Of a stretch of DNA of 64,000 nt, positions 1-11,172 are shown in pieces. The stretch comes from Eledone cirrhosa. Its lineage: Eukaryota. Position 1 is the stretch's first letter, and each line of letters opens with the position of its first letter. A program made the translations under genes and the position numbers. Location of the stretch: assembly GCA_964016885.1 (NCBI GenBank), contig OZ024741.1, positions 300,390,001-300,454,000 on the forward strand, given 5' to 3'. The notes beneath the pieces are model-generated. The model was not told the DNA's origin. It did no database searches and saw only the letters and a program-made list of their open reading frames with translations.

Positions 1-49
1 ACAGTCGAGTTTGCAATTTTCAACTGTTGAAAATTGCAAACTCGACTGT
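1..49. repeat. Perfect 24-bp inverted repeat with a 1-nt spacer (may extend past the window start)
   Basis: 1-24 acagtcgagtttgcaattttcaac is the exact reverse complement of 26-49 gttgaaaattgcaaactcgactgt. Confidence 0.95.
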
Positions 50-61
50 CACCACATATCA

Positions 62-100
62 TGAACCTGAAGATTGCGAAAGCATGAAAGTACTTGTTCA
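62..100 (+). ncRNA. Minimal type-I hammerhead ribozyme (Penelope/retrozyme type)
   Basis: Stem I TGAAC/GTTCA; core CTGAAGA; stem II TGC-GAAA-GCA; GAAA; palindromic stem III A-GTAC-T; H17=U. Confidence 0.8.
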
Positions 101-264
101 ATTAACACTTAGAATTTAATATTCTATGATACTATTTCATTATAATACCATATTATATATATTTTAAAGGATTGAAAATAAAACGAGTAAATCAGACAAA
201 GTTGGAATTCCTCTTATTAATATAATCTTCTATACACAATCATACACACACGTGTATATTTACC

Positions 265-274
265 TATCTATATC

Positions 275-316
<42 letters not shown>

Positions 317-341
317 AGTGTGTATACATGTATATTATCTA

Positions 342-383
<42 letters not shown>

Positions 384-879
384 TGAGTCTTGCTTGCTCC
401 GCTTATCTCAATTTTATAGTTCTGGTATGTCAAATTAATACCATAGAACAACCACTGTATCATAGACACCCTATATATTTCCAGGGGTACTTAGTACCTG
501 TGGGTATATTGATCTATTTTTATGTATATATATATATATATATAGTTATGTAATAAACAACATAAGATAATTATTTCATTTACCAGTGGTTTTTTGAAAG
601 CAACCAAAATTGCCTTCATTCATCAGAATGAAAAAATCCTGGTGTCTTTATTGACAGTGGACTTGAAAAAAAAAATTATAACAGATATGAAAGTGAGGCG
701 GGCGAGAAAAAAAAAGGGGGGGGGCATAATAATAAATAAGAATATATAACAACACACACGTACACACACACACGCACACACGCACACACACTCACATATA
801 CACACATATATGCATATGCATATATACATATATACACGCATATATACAGATATATATATATATACACAGAGATACATAT

Positions 880-913
<34 letters not shown>

Positions 914-1125
914 CCATCATAAAAACACCAACAGACACATATATATATATATACATATATATATACATGTACACACATACATATATATATAAATATACAT
1001 ATATATATATACATATATATACATACACATACATACATATATATACACACACACATACATACACACATATATACACACATGCATACGTACTCACATATAA
1101 AAGGATACATATGCATACACACAAA
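265..1125. repeat. Compound (TA)n/(TG)n/(CA)n microsatellite tract with short embedded unique units
   Basis: Direct reading of dinucleotide runs at 265-380, 521-544 and about 750-1125. Confidence 0.9.
574..633 (-). ncRNA. Decayed type-I hammerhead ribozyme
   Basis: Minus strand reads TTTCATT CTGATGA a TGAAGGCAAT..GTTGCTTTCA aaaa ACCACTGGT A AATGAAA. All three stems are present but G12 of GAAA is lost. Confidence 0.6.
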
Positions 1126-1523
1126 TAAGAATAAATAATCATAATAGGCCGTCAAATACAAATAAGCAAATAAAAAATAAGGATTAAGAAAATAAAAAAT
1201 AAAAAATATTATTAAGATGACAGCGATACAAGACAGCAAAATTTAAAATAAAAATAAAGATATTAATAATAATAATAATGTTTTTTTTTTTCTTTATTAA
1301 CCACAAGGGTTTACATAAAGTAGACATTAAGGACAGTACAGGACAATACAGTACGGTAAAAATGGGCATTTTTGCGTGTAAAAAAAAACAGAGGATGTAA
1401 TAAAATAGCAAAGAAAAATTCCCCAATAACTTCCGAGGGACATTTGTGGAGAAAGACCATTAAAAGATCACAGTGACCCTGACCACCAGGGCAAGTGCCC
1501 TCTCCCTGTTTTCCACCTTTAAT

Positions 1524-4500
1524 TTACAGACACATACTCAGAGAAGGCCCATTCATTCGGGCCATACTTGCTCCTCTCACCCATCTTTCAACAAAATGCT
1601 GGGAAGAGAGCACTTCCCTCTCTACCCTGATTTTCCTTTTCAAATGAAATTTAAAAAAGTTAATCAGGGCATCAGCGAAGAGGTAAGTGCTTATCTTCAG
1701 CCCTTTCAAACGTGTCCACCATACTATCTCTTTCGCCATGGGCCGCAGACAGATAAAAACTGCCTGCCCTTCCCGGCTAAAGGAAGGGGGCGGGGCAATC
1801 CTCACGATGGACTCAGCTGATAGCTGGATCCGTCCTACACGTGACAGCAGGTGTTCGACATAAACCCACAAGTCAGCAATGCTCGGACACTGGACGAGTG
1901 CGTGCAGGACGGTTTCGTCGCCCTCTGCGCATCTTGGACATGCCCGGCTGACGGCACCTCCATGCCTGTAGAGTTTATCCCGAACTGGCAAAGCTCCCCC
2001 GAAGCACTGCCAGGCCAGTGATTTCTGGAAGTTGTCCATAGGCTCCGGCCCGAAAGTCCTTCCGAAGAGTTTGGCTAGTTGATTTTCGTCGACGCCTAGG
2101 GTTTCTCCAAGTACGTCGTCGCTCTTACCCTCCACTAATCCCCTATAGAACGCCAAGGTGGAGTTTCCACCGATCACATTGCCCGATTGGTCGAGGGCTG
2201 TGAGCGCCTGAAGACATTCCAGTCTCCAAGCGCTCCCTCTCGGTCTTCGCTTGACCCAGGACTGCAGCTCCGTCAAGGAGACGAGCTGGGGAAAAACGCG
2301 TCTAGAAAACGGCGACCACACCTGATCACCGTCGAGGAAGAGGTGGAGATGTCGTAGCCTGAGCGCGTGTCTGCGCATCATCAGCCACGGCATGCCCAGC
2401 CCTCCACGTAGCGGGTGTTGACAGCAGATGGGCCGCCTGACCATCGGAGCGCGTCCCTTCCCCAAGAAGTGAAAGAGCAAACGCTCCAGCGCAGTCAGGC
2501 GGGGCTTAGGACAAGGTACGACGGTCAGGCGGTAGTAGATGACGGACGCGATGTACGCGTTAGCCACCTCCGCTCGACCTTTCAGGGATAGCTTCCTCTC
2601 GGCCCATTTCTGGGTGAGAGAAGCCACCCTGCTCGTCACCTCGTCCCAGATTGTGTCCGTCTGGAGGTCTGGACCGAACCAGACCCCTAGCAATTTAACC
2701 GGTCCGTCGGTCCAGCGCCCGACGACGCTGTTGGACGGCATGGACCTGCCTCTCCAGGTGCCGAGCTGCAGGCCCACTGACTTTTCCTGGTTGATCAATG
2801 CTCCTGTCACAGCTTCGTATTCTCTTAGTGGAGTGCCGATCGCCTCGATGTGTTTGGCGTTCGACACCACTACGGTGACATCGTCCGCATATGCTGACAC
2901 GGATCTTCCGCATCCTAGTTCGCGCGGGACCCCCTCAACGTCTCCAGTTTGTGCAGTTATGGCTCGAGAGTCAATACGTACAATAGGGACGAGAGGGGAC
3001 ATCCTTGGCGGACCGAGCTCATGATGTTGAACGGTTCCGAAAGGTGACCGTTCACTCTCACTACAGAGCAGATGTCGCTGTGCATGGCAGCGATCCAGCC
3101 TCTGAAGACGGGCCCAAAGCCAGCCGCCCTCAGGACTGCCGCTAGGTAACGATGGTCGACCCTATCGAAGGCTTTCGACTGATCTAAATTGATCAAAAAC
3201 GCACCCGTGTGAGGTTCCCTAGCTACCCTCTCTACGATGTATCGCATGAGGTGGAGGTTGTCGTGGTTGGTTCTGTCGAGAATGGCGCACGTCTGTGCCT
3301 CTCCCACCAGTCCACCAACGACAAGCGCCAACCTCTTTGCTAGCACCTTGGCCAAAATCTTGAACTCTGTGTTTAGCAGAGTTATGGGCCTAAAATTATC
3401 TATGTTATCCCCCTTGTTCGGATCCTTCTCAGCAGCGCCACCGCTCCTCGGCTCACAGAGCTGGGAATTCTCCCGTTCTGTTTGCCAGTTGCAGTAGACG
3501 TCCGCCAAGAGGCCTCCGAACAAGTCTGGCATTTGTACGTAAAGTTCATAGGGCAGACCATCCAAACCAGGCGATTTACCCCTTGTGCAGCAAGTCATTG
3601 CCTCCCGTACTTCAGCGGTTGTTATCGGCTTTTCGCAACACTCAGCCTCATTGGCCGAAAGACGCGGCAGTCCGTCGAGGTAAACACTAAAGTCCATCCC
3701 TCGATCCGTCCCGCCACTCCCCCCGAACAGTTGAGCGAAGTGTCGCTGAAAAGCTTCACACATTTTCCCGGGATCGAGTAGCATGCACCCGTCGTGGTCC
3801 ACCAAAGACCGGATCGTGGCTTTGTTGCTACGACGCGCCTCCGCCACTCGGGCCCATTGAACGGCTTTCGTCCCCTCGTGTCTGAGAGCACGCACCCTAG
3901 CTCTGACAATGCAGCCTTCGTGCTTTGCATTGAAGAATTGGTCAAGGGCCAATTTCGCCGCAAGTACGTCGGTCGCGATGCCTTTGCTAAGCGCCTCGTC
4001 TAATTTTCTATCGAATTCTCCCTCTGCTCTATTTTTCTCTATTGCTAAAGCCTTACTAAACCTAATGGACTCTATTCTAATTGCTCTTTTCAGAGCAAAC
4101 CACCACTTGTTGTTGACGATAGCCCCCGTCAACGCCCGCTTAACTAGTTCGCTAATCCGGTCTCTGTAGGCCTTGCGCGCTGGTAAGGACGCGTTTAGCT
4201 TCCAGTAGCCGGGTCCTCGTCTATGAAGCCTATCTAAATCAAGCACACAGATCACGAATTTGTGGTCCGTGTAGCTGACTATCTTGAATTGTGGACAGCC
4301 TATGCTAGACCTATCTATTTCCCTACAAAATACTCTATCTAGATATGATCTGGATGACCCTATGCGATTTGACCAAGTCCACATTGGTACATTCGGGAAA
4401 TCCATTCGGTACCTGTCAGACAGTTCAAAACGCCTGAGAAGGTTGGTGAGACTCTTGCACCCTCCTTCTCTATCCACTAATCCCACACAATCCCAGCGTG

Positions 4501-4942
4501 CATCTAAGATCCCGTTCCAGTCGCCCACTAACACTAAAGAGCGGGACGTTCCAAGAAAGGTCTCGAGACGCCGGAAGAAATCAGGCCGCCCTGATCCTGT
4601 CGGGGCATAGACGGCCACTAACCTGAAAGATTGCCCGTCTCCGCTGGTCACGTCCAGCACCAGCAACTTACCTTCTGGGTCCAGGAAGATGGCCCGTATG
4701 GCAAGATCCAAACCTCTCCGAAAAAGCACAGCAACTCCTCCCCCCGATCCCGGACGGCTGGGAGATGCGTACACATCGTAGCCGCCGAAGATCGGTGCGA
4801 AGGCCCGTGCTTCGGAGATTGTGGTCTCGCTGATGGCCACTACATCTATGTTTAGTGACCTGAGGTCGTTGAGCAGGTGGCCCTGCTTCCATGACGACCC
4901 CAAGCCACGCGCATTTATGCTGCCTATTCTGAGTGAGGTCAT
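1524..4942 (-). pseudogene. Tx1 ORF2 (APE-RT-zinc finger), disrupted
   Basis: Near-identical to the intact 43648-47067 ORF. It has a premature TAA at 2957, a frameshift near 2935, and a compensated +1/-1 pair near 3425-3485. Confidence 0.9.
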
Positions 4943-4974
4943 GTTGAAAAGGAGTGGAAAAGATGGGAAAGTCC

Positions 4975-6984
4975 ACTTGCCTTACTTCTCGTAGGGGAAG
5001 GCCGGTTTTTCCATCCTTTTCACTGCTTGTGGCCTCCTCGGGAAGGATGTCCTTATAAATCCTCCTGGAGAGTGCTTGTCGGAAGTCTCCAATGTCTTTG
5101 GGGAATTTTTGTTTTAGTGTCATGTACGTTTTCTGTGTGATGCGAGAGATTTGTATGTGTGGAGGTGGTGTGAATTTTTGGGTTGTTGTGTAGTCTTTTT
5201 CTGTGATGCTGGTGTTGTGTTGGATGTAGTGTAATAATTGCTTGTTGTTCAAATTTAATGCTCTGTAGTGTGTATCGTTTTGGTTATTTTGTTTTGTTTG
5301 CGTCTGTTGTGGGTTAGTTTCTGTTTCGCATTTTGGTGACTTTTGTGGTGTAGGTGATGGTGGTGTTGGGGTTAATGATGGTGATGGTGTTGGTGTTTGG
5401 GTTGATGGGGTTGGTGATGCTGGTGTGGATGGTGGCATATATGTCCTAACTTTTATGTTTGTTAATTTATTTGTTTCCCTCTGTATTTTGTTTTTGGAGG
5501 CGGAAAGAAGAGAATTTTTTCTTTTTTGGTTTCTTTTTTTTTCCTGATACCGTTTCCCACCCCTCGTCGTCACAATCTGTCTCCAGTTGTGATAGGCCGG
5601 GGAGTGGAAAATCCTCCACAGGCGTTAGTTTTGGTTGTGGCGTGGTGGATGGTGTAGGCGCTGGTGCTAGTTCTGAAGCGTTGGGTGGTGGTGGTGTTGG
5701 TTTTGCTGGTGGTGGTGGTGTTGGTTTTGCTACTGTTGCTGGGGTTGTTGCTGTTATAGTTGCTTCTGTTGTTTCTGCTACAGTTGTTGCTGCCATCTCT
5801 GCTACTGGTGGTGTTGATGGCTGTGTCACTGGGGTTGGTAGGAGAGGTGGCTTCAACCTTTTAGCCTGAGGGCAGAAAGCCCTTAGGTGGGTTCCTTCAC
5901 CACAAACAACACACCTAGGCCTTCTGCCCTCGACAATTACGGTGAGGTGGCTGCCGTCAGTGAGGTCTATTACCTCTGGGATCTCCTCAATTTTTTGGGT
6001 CCGCTTCGATCAGGAACTCCATCCCAGATCCGGACCAGTTCTCCTGCTTTTCTTTTGCTATTGCTATTATCTTTGTGTTTGCTTCGATGCCGGCGAGGAC
6101 GGCCGCTATTAGCCAGGGAATTTCGATGGCCGGTGGAACGTGGGTCACCCTGATCTTTACGAGTCTCTGGCCACAATAGCTTGGGACGAGTGTGAAATCG
6201 TCACTTCTTAATGGGGCCATGGAGTGTTCTCTAGCCTCCTCTGGTGTTTCAAAGAACACGTCCACGGTTCCATACTTCTGCCCACGTCTGATGTGGATTT
6301 TTCATGCCCACACATGTCCCAAAGCTTTTTGGATTTGGGACTCGGATGCCCGTTCCACTCGGCGCGAGTTTACATTTATTGTTCGATACGACACGGTGCA
6401 TGGGCGCCGATGCTCCATTTTATTAGGTGGGGGGTGAGGCTGACCCTGTACCCATCTTTCTTTACCATTTGTTTGGCATTTTCTAATTCCTCCTGAGTTA
6501 CCGTAAAAGCTTCGCACTGTTTTGCTACTCTGGCAAAACTCAGGGTGGTTTTAAATGTCATTATTGTTGTTGTTGCTATCGTTATTTTTTTATTATTAAT
6601 TTTAGTTTCAGTTGTGGTGGTGGTGACGTCAGTGAAGTTCGGTTTGGGAGAGTCCATTTTGGTTGAAAATATTTCGACATCACGAGTTGAACTATTTTTT
6701 CCCTTTGTTTCTGTTGTCGCGGTGGTGGTGGGTGTGGTAGTTGTCGTGGTGTTGGTGGGGGTGGTGGTTGTCGCGGTGGTGGTGGTGGTGGTGCCGGCTT
6801 TAACACCTGCAGTCATTGGTAATGGCGGGAAATGAATGTCTGCCTGAGACAAATTTAAAATATTGCTAGTGCTTAAATTGTTTTTGTTGGCAGATGTATA
6901 ATCATTTACAATGGTGGTGTCGGTGTGAGGTGTTAATTTGTGAGAAAGGCTTTCAGCTGCTTGGTGCAGTGGTGAATTAGCCAT
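4975..6984 (-). pseudogene. Tx1 ORF1 (low-complexity N-terminus, conserved core, CCHC knuckle CVVCGEGTHLRAFC), frameshifted
   Basis: ORF pieces 6376-6984, 6302-6517, 5987-6265, 5467-5856 and 4668-5573 are collinear with the copy B ORF1. Confidence 0.8.
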
Positions 6985-7193
6985 TTTTTTTCAAATAAAT
7001 TTTTTGATAATCATAAAAGTTTAAATTTTGGGCACAAGGCCCCAATCTTTTTGGGTGTCCTTTTCGGAAAACCATGTTTGTGCACTTATATATAGTTAAC
7101 AATAAAAATTTTCCATAAATGGCAATTTTTAACAAACGGAAATAACAAACCTTTGCGGAGCTCACGATGATACGATTTACTACGTAGGTCGCC

Positions 7194-7267
7194 AATAATA
7201 ATAATAATAATTATAATTATAATAATAATAATAATAATAATAATAATTATTATTATTATTATTATTA
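7194..7267. repeat. (AAT)n switching to (ATT)n microsatellite
   Basis: Direct reading. Confidence 0.9.
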
Positions 7268-7312
7268 CCAAGCCAACAGAAAACTGAATTCAGTGTTCTG
7301 TCTGTGGACAGA

Positions 7313-8101
7313 CAGAAAACTGAATTTAGAGATCCACAGACATGGAACTGGTTGAAAAGAGGAGACCTTAAAAAGGCTACAGAAGGAATGTTAATGGCTG
7401 CGCAGGAGCAGGCCCTCAAAACGAAGTGGTTGAAACACCACATTTACAAGGAGGAGGCTAGCCCACTGTGCAGGATCTGTGGGGAGAGAGAGGAGACTGT
7501 GGCTCACATTGTATCCGAGTGTAAACACCTGGCCCAGACTCACTATAAGGGCTGGAGACATGATGTGATGGGCAGGGTGATCCACTGTCACCTATGCAAA
7601 GTAAACAATTTACCACATACTGAGAAGTGGTATGAGCATAAGCCAGAGGCGTTAATAGAAAACGATCAGGTGAAGGTGCTGTGGGAATTAGGATACAGAC
7701 GGACAAGAAACTGGAACACAATAGACCTGACCTGGTGGTTTTGGACAAAGAAAAAAGATCGTGCCTGATTGTGGATGTGGCCTGCCCATTCGACACGAGA
7801 GTGCAAGAGAAGGAGAGGGAGAAAATTAAGCGATACCAGGACTTAAAGTGGGAGGTAAAAAGGATTTGGAACTGCCATGAAGTCAAAGTGATCCCGATTG
7901 TCATAGGCGCACTAGGGACTATCTAAAAAAGTTTCCAGGGACGGTTAAAGAAAATTGCCCCCTTCACGCTTTTTGGAACGCTTCAAAAGGCATGCTTGCT
8001 GGGAACAGCAAGAACCCTTCGATACGTCCTGAATATCTGAGGCTGCAGGTATTCATCTCAACAAACTTTCCAGTTAACTAACATCAATGACTGAGACTCA
8101 A
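7313..8101 (+). mobile_element. R4/Dong-type RLE retrotransposon, family 1, 3' fragment
   Basis: CRICGEREETVAHIVSEC zinc finger, RHD and PDLVV..DVACP RLE motifs. The 3'UTR matches the copies at 28604 and 48753. Confidence 0.9.
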
Positions 8102-8123
8102 ATAGTAATAACAAAACAAATAA

Positions 8124-8975
8124 TGACAAAACTTTAACCCATCAGTGGTTGGCATCCTCTGGACTGAAATCGAAGACTGAAGGACTGATTATATCAGCAC
8201 AAGATCAGTGTCTGCCAACAAAAAATTACCAAGCCAACATAATAAAAAATGGATGCAGCCCATTATGCCGTGTATGTAAAAAACAACCAGAGACCATTGA
8301 CCATATAATTTCAAAGTGCAGTCCTATAGCTCTACCGAATACCTAAACAGGCATGACAGAGCTGCACAATACATACATTGGATAATGTGTAAGCATTTTG
8401 ACCTGCCCCATCAAAAGAATTGGTGGGAGCATCAACCACCTCCCATACTTGAATAAGATCACATCTCAATCTTGTGGAACTTTAGCATTCAAACAGACCG
8501 AAAAATAGATGCAAATAGACCTGATATAATATTGAAGGACTTTAAAAAGAGAGTATGCCTGCTAATTGATATGGCCGTTCCAATAGACAAGAATGTATCT
8601 ATAAAAATATTTGAAAAATTGAGCAAGTATAAGGACCTGGAGATAGAAATTGGAAAAATGTGGAAATTGAGAACTAAAACAATACCAGTGGTTGTAGGCG
8701 CTCTAGGAATGATACCTAAGGGGTCTAATGATTACTTATCGAAAATCCCAGGAAGCCCGCGTATAGGAGAAATACAAACGATAGTACTAATGGGAACTGC
8801 CCATATACTAAGGAAGATTCTGTCAATATAAGTACATCACACGTCTAAACACTAAAGATGCATGTGTGAGTATGTATGTTCTTTCTTGAACATGGCGGAC
8901 CTTGTTGTCTCTTGAGGTCACTGGTTGTGACTTGGTGATAACTCGTATGAACCTAAAGCAAGATAAATGCAGCTG
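8124..8975 (+). mobile_element. R4/Dong-type RLE retrotransposon, family 2, 3' fragment
   Basis: AQDQCL..CRVC..ETIDH..C and RPDII..DMAVP..EKLSKYKDL motifs; matches 52279-54010; followed by (TAA)n. Confidence 0.9.
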
Positions 8976-8987
8976 TAATAATAATAA

Positions 8988-9484
8988 TGCAAAGTAAACA
9001 ATTTACCACATTCTGAGAAGTGGTATGAGCATAAGCCAGAGTCGGTGATAGAAAACGATCAGGTGAAGGTGCTGTGGGATTTTAGGATACAGACGGACAA
9101 GAAACTGGAACTCAATAGACCTGACCTGGTGGTTTTGGACAAGGAAAAAAGATCGTGCCTTATTGTGGATGTGGCCTGCCCATTCGAATCGAGAGTGCAA
9201 GAGAAGGAGAGGGAGAAAATTAACCGATACCAGGACTTAAAGGGGGAGGTAAAAAGGATTTGGAACTGCCATGAAGTCAAAGTGGTCCCGATTGTCATAG
9301 GTGCACTAGGTACTATCTCAAAAAGTTTCCAGGGATGGTTAAAGAAAATTGGCCCCGCCACGCTTTTTGGAACGCTTCAAAAGGCATGCTTGCTGGGAAC
9401 ATCAAGTACCCTCCGATACGTCCTGAATGTCTGAGGCTGCAGGTAGTGGCTTGATATTAATTTCAACAAACTTTCCAGTTAACT
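8988..9484 (+). mobile_element. RLE family 1, 3' fragment
   Basis: ORF 9045-9434 is the RLE domain; it is followed by a partial family 1 3'UTR. Confidence 0.9.
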
Positions 9485-9832
9485 TTCATCAACAGGTATC
9501 CAGAAAATTAGGATGTTTCACCTCGAAATATTTTTGGAGGTCTGGTGTACAAGCGCTAACGCACGTGGTTTTCCAGCTCACTAGCTATCCCCATACTCAT
9601 GGTGCTATAAATAACAGCCGTTTATATGGGATTAAAATTTAGCTCAACAAAAGGAGCCGTAATATTATATTATATTTAGAGTTATAAACTCAAACAGTCC
9701 TTTACAATTAATTAGCTAGTTTACGATAAATAGCTAGTGAGCTGGAAACCACGTGCGTTAGCGCTTGTACACCAGACCTCCAAAAATATTTCGAGGTGAA
9801 ACATCCTAATTTTCTGGATACCTGTTGATGAA
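9485..9832. repeat. Long inverted repeat (about 103-bp arms at 9485-9588 and 9730-9832)
   Basis: The arms are reverse complements with one indel. Confidence 0.9.
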
Positions 9833-10267
9833 CACAGAAAATGGAATCTTTCACTTTTTTATACTATCGTTGCGAAACTTATTTGGGTTTTGAAATTTAA
9901 ATTTGTCTGCGGAACAGGTTTGGATTTTGAAATTTAAATTTGTCCAGGTATCACGGTTATTGCCAATATGGGTTTGTTTTTATTGATTTATTATTTTAAA
10001 TCGAGACAGGCAAACTATATTTATTTTAATTAGTATATTTCATTCTAGCTAACTTGGTCATTTACAATACAAACACTGATGTGTTTATCATATATTAATT
10101 TATATTAACTTGTATTTCACGGCTCAGAAATGCTTCTTTCTTTGAGCTAATGGACTGTTTGAGTTTATAACTCTAAATATAATATATATATACATATATA
10201 TATATATATATGCATATATATATATAGAGTAACTGGGCATTTGAAAACACTGCTACCTAGAATCGAT

Positions 10268-10360
10268 ACGTATCTGAGGACCTTGCGATTTCAGAGTCAG
10301 GTTCGATCATTGAATCGATGGTACCTCGAGCTGGTCGCCAGAGAAACGATTGTAATATGT
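10268..10360 (+). ncRNA. Type-I hammerhead ribozyme with extended stem II, inside a ~170-bp unit (10227-10397) between (TA)n runs
   Basis: Stem I ACGTAT/ATATGT; CTGAGGA; long imperfect stem II (cttgcgat../..gtcgccag); GAAA-C-GATT-G-T-A, giving a GUA cleavage triplet. Confidence 0.65.
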
Positions 10361-10397
10361 CTAATACATGTTATTCGTCGCAATACTGATTCTCCGT

Positions 10398-10398
10398 T

Positions 10399-10462
<64 letters not shown>

Positions 10463-10491
10463 CATACATACATACATACATACATACATGC

Positions 10492-10522
<31 letters not shown>

Positions 10523-10584
10523 CATACATACATACATACATACATACATACATACATACATACATACATACATACATACATACA

Positions 10585-10614
<30 letters not shown>
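10398..10614. repeat. (TA)n + (TACA)n microsatellite
   Basis: Direct reading. Confidence 0.95.
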
Positions 10615-10615
<1 letters not shown>

Positions 10616-11172
10616 TATGATATGGGTCAGGGAGAAGAAAGCATGCACAGTAGTGGAAATTAGCTGCGCAGCAGATGCCAATATAATATCAAAGATTAGT
10701 GAAAAGGAGAATATTTATGCAGAACTGATGAGAAATCTGCAGATACTCCACCTTGATTACACCTTCAGATTTATGCCTGTGATTATTGGGGCACTGGGGT
10801 ATATTAGTAACTGCCTCAATACAAATATTGAGAAGCTAGGTTTCATAGGAACAGAAAGAACACAACTAGCTACGAAATTACAAGTACAATCCATTAAAGG
10901 AACAGTAAAAATATGTAAAACATTCCAAAGATTTTGCATCTAATAACTGCATATACACATGTACAGATGCAAAGCATATACACATGCACACATACAACTC
11001 AAAACATACACATCCACACATACAATAACATCCATATCTACACATGCATGCATACATACATATTCTACCCAGTTGATGTTGTGTAAATTCCAATGAGAGA
11101 GTCTTGTGTCTATGTTAGAAACCGACTCTCTCTCTATTGGTAAAACTTTGTGAAATTATAAAAGCAGACGAA
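10615..11172 (+). mobile_element. RLE retrotransposon, family 3, short 3' fragment in (TACA)n
   Basis: [27 protein letters not shown]....PVIIGALG is an RLE C-terminus. The 3'UTR has a hairpin at about 11091-11139 and is followed by acatacatatac. Confidence 0.8.

Larger units (their letters stand above)
1280..7193 (-). mobile_element. Tx1/L1-clade LINE, copy A, full length with disrupted ORFs
   Basis: ORF2 has an APE endonuclease (SINARG, ISET, GDWN, YTDH), RT (KSPGLDG, RQGCPLS, AYADD) and a C-terminal CPRC..ET..H...C motif. ORF1 has a CCHC knuckle. AATAAA and poly(A) lie at about 1280-1299. Both ends are flanked by (ATT)n on the sense strand. Confidence 0.93.

Noticed and set aside
296-1239. 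ORFs rich in YI/CV/HT repeats (also near 10.3, 15, 18.6-19.7 and 20.4 kb)
   Set aside because: They are translations of dinucleotide and tetranucleotide microsatellites.
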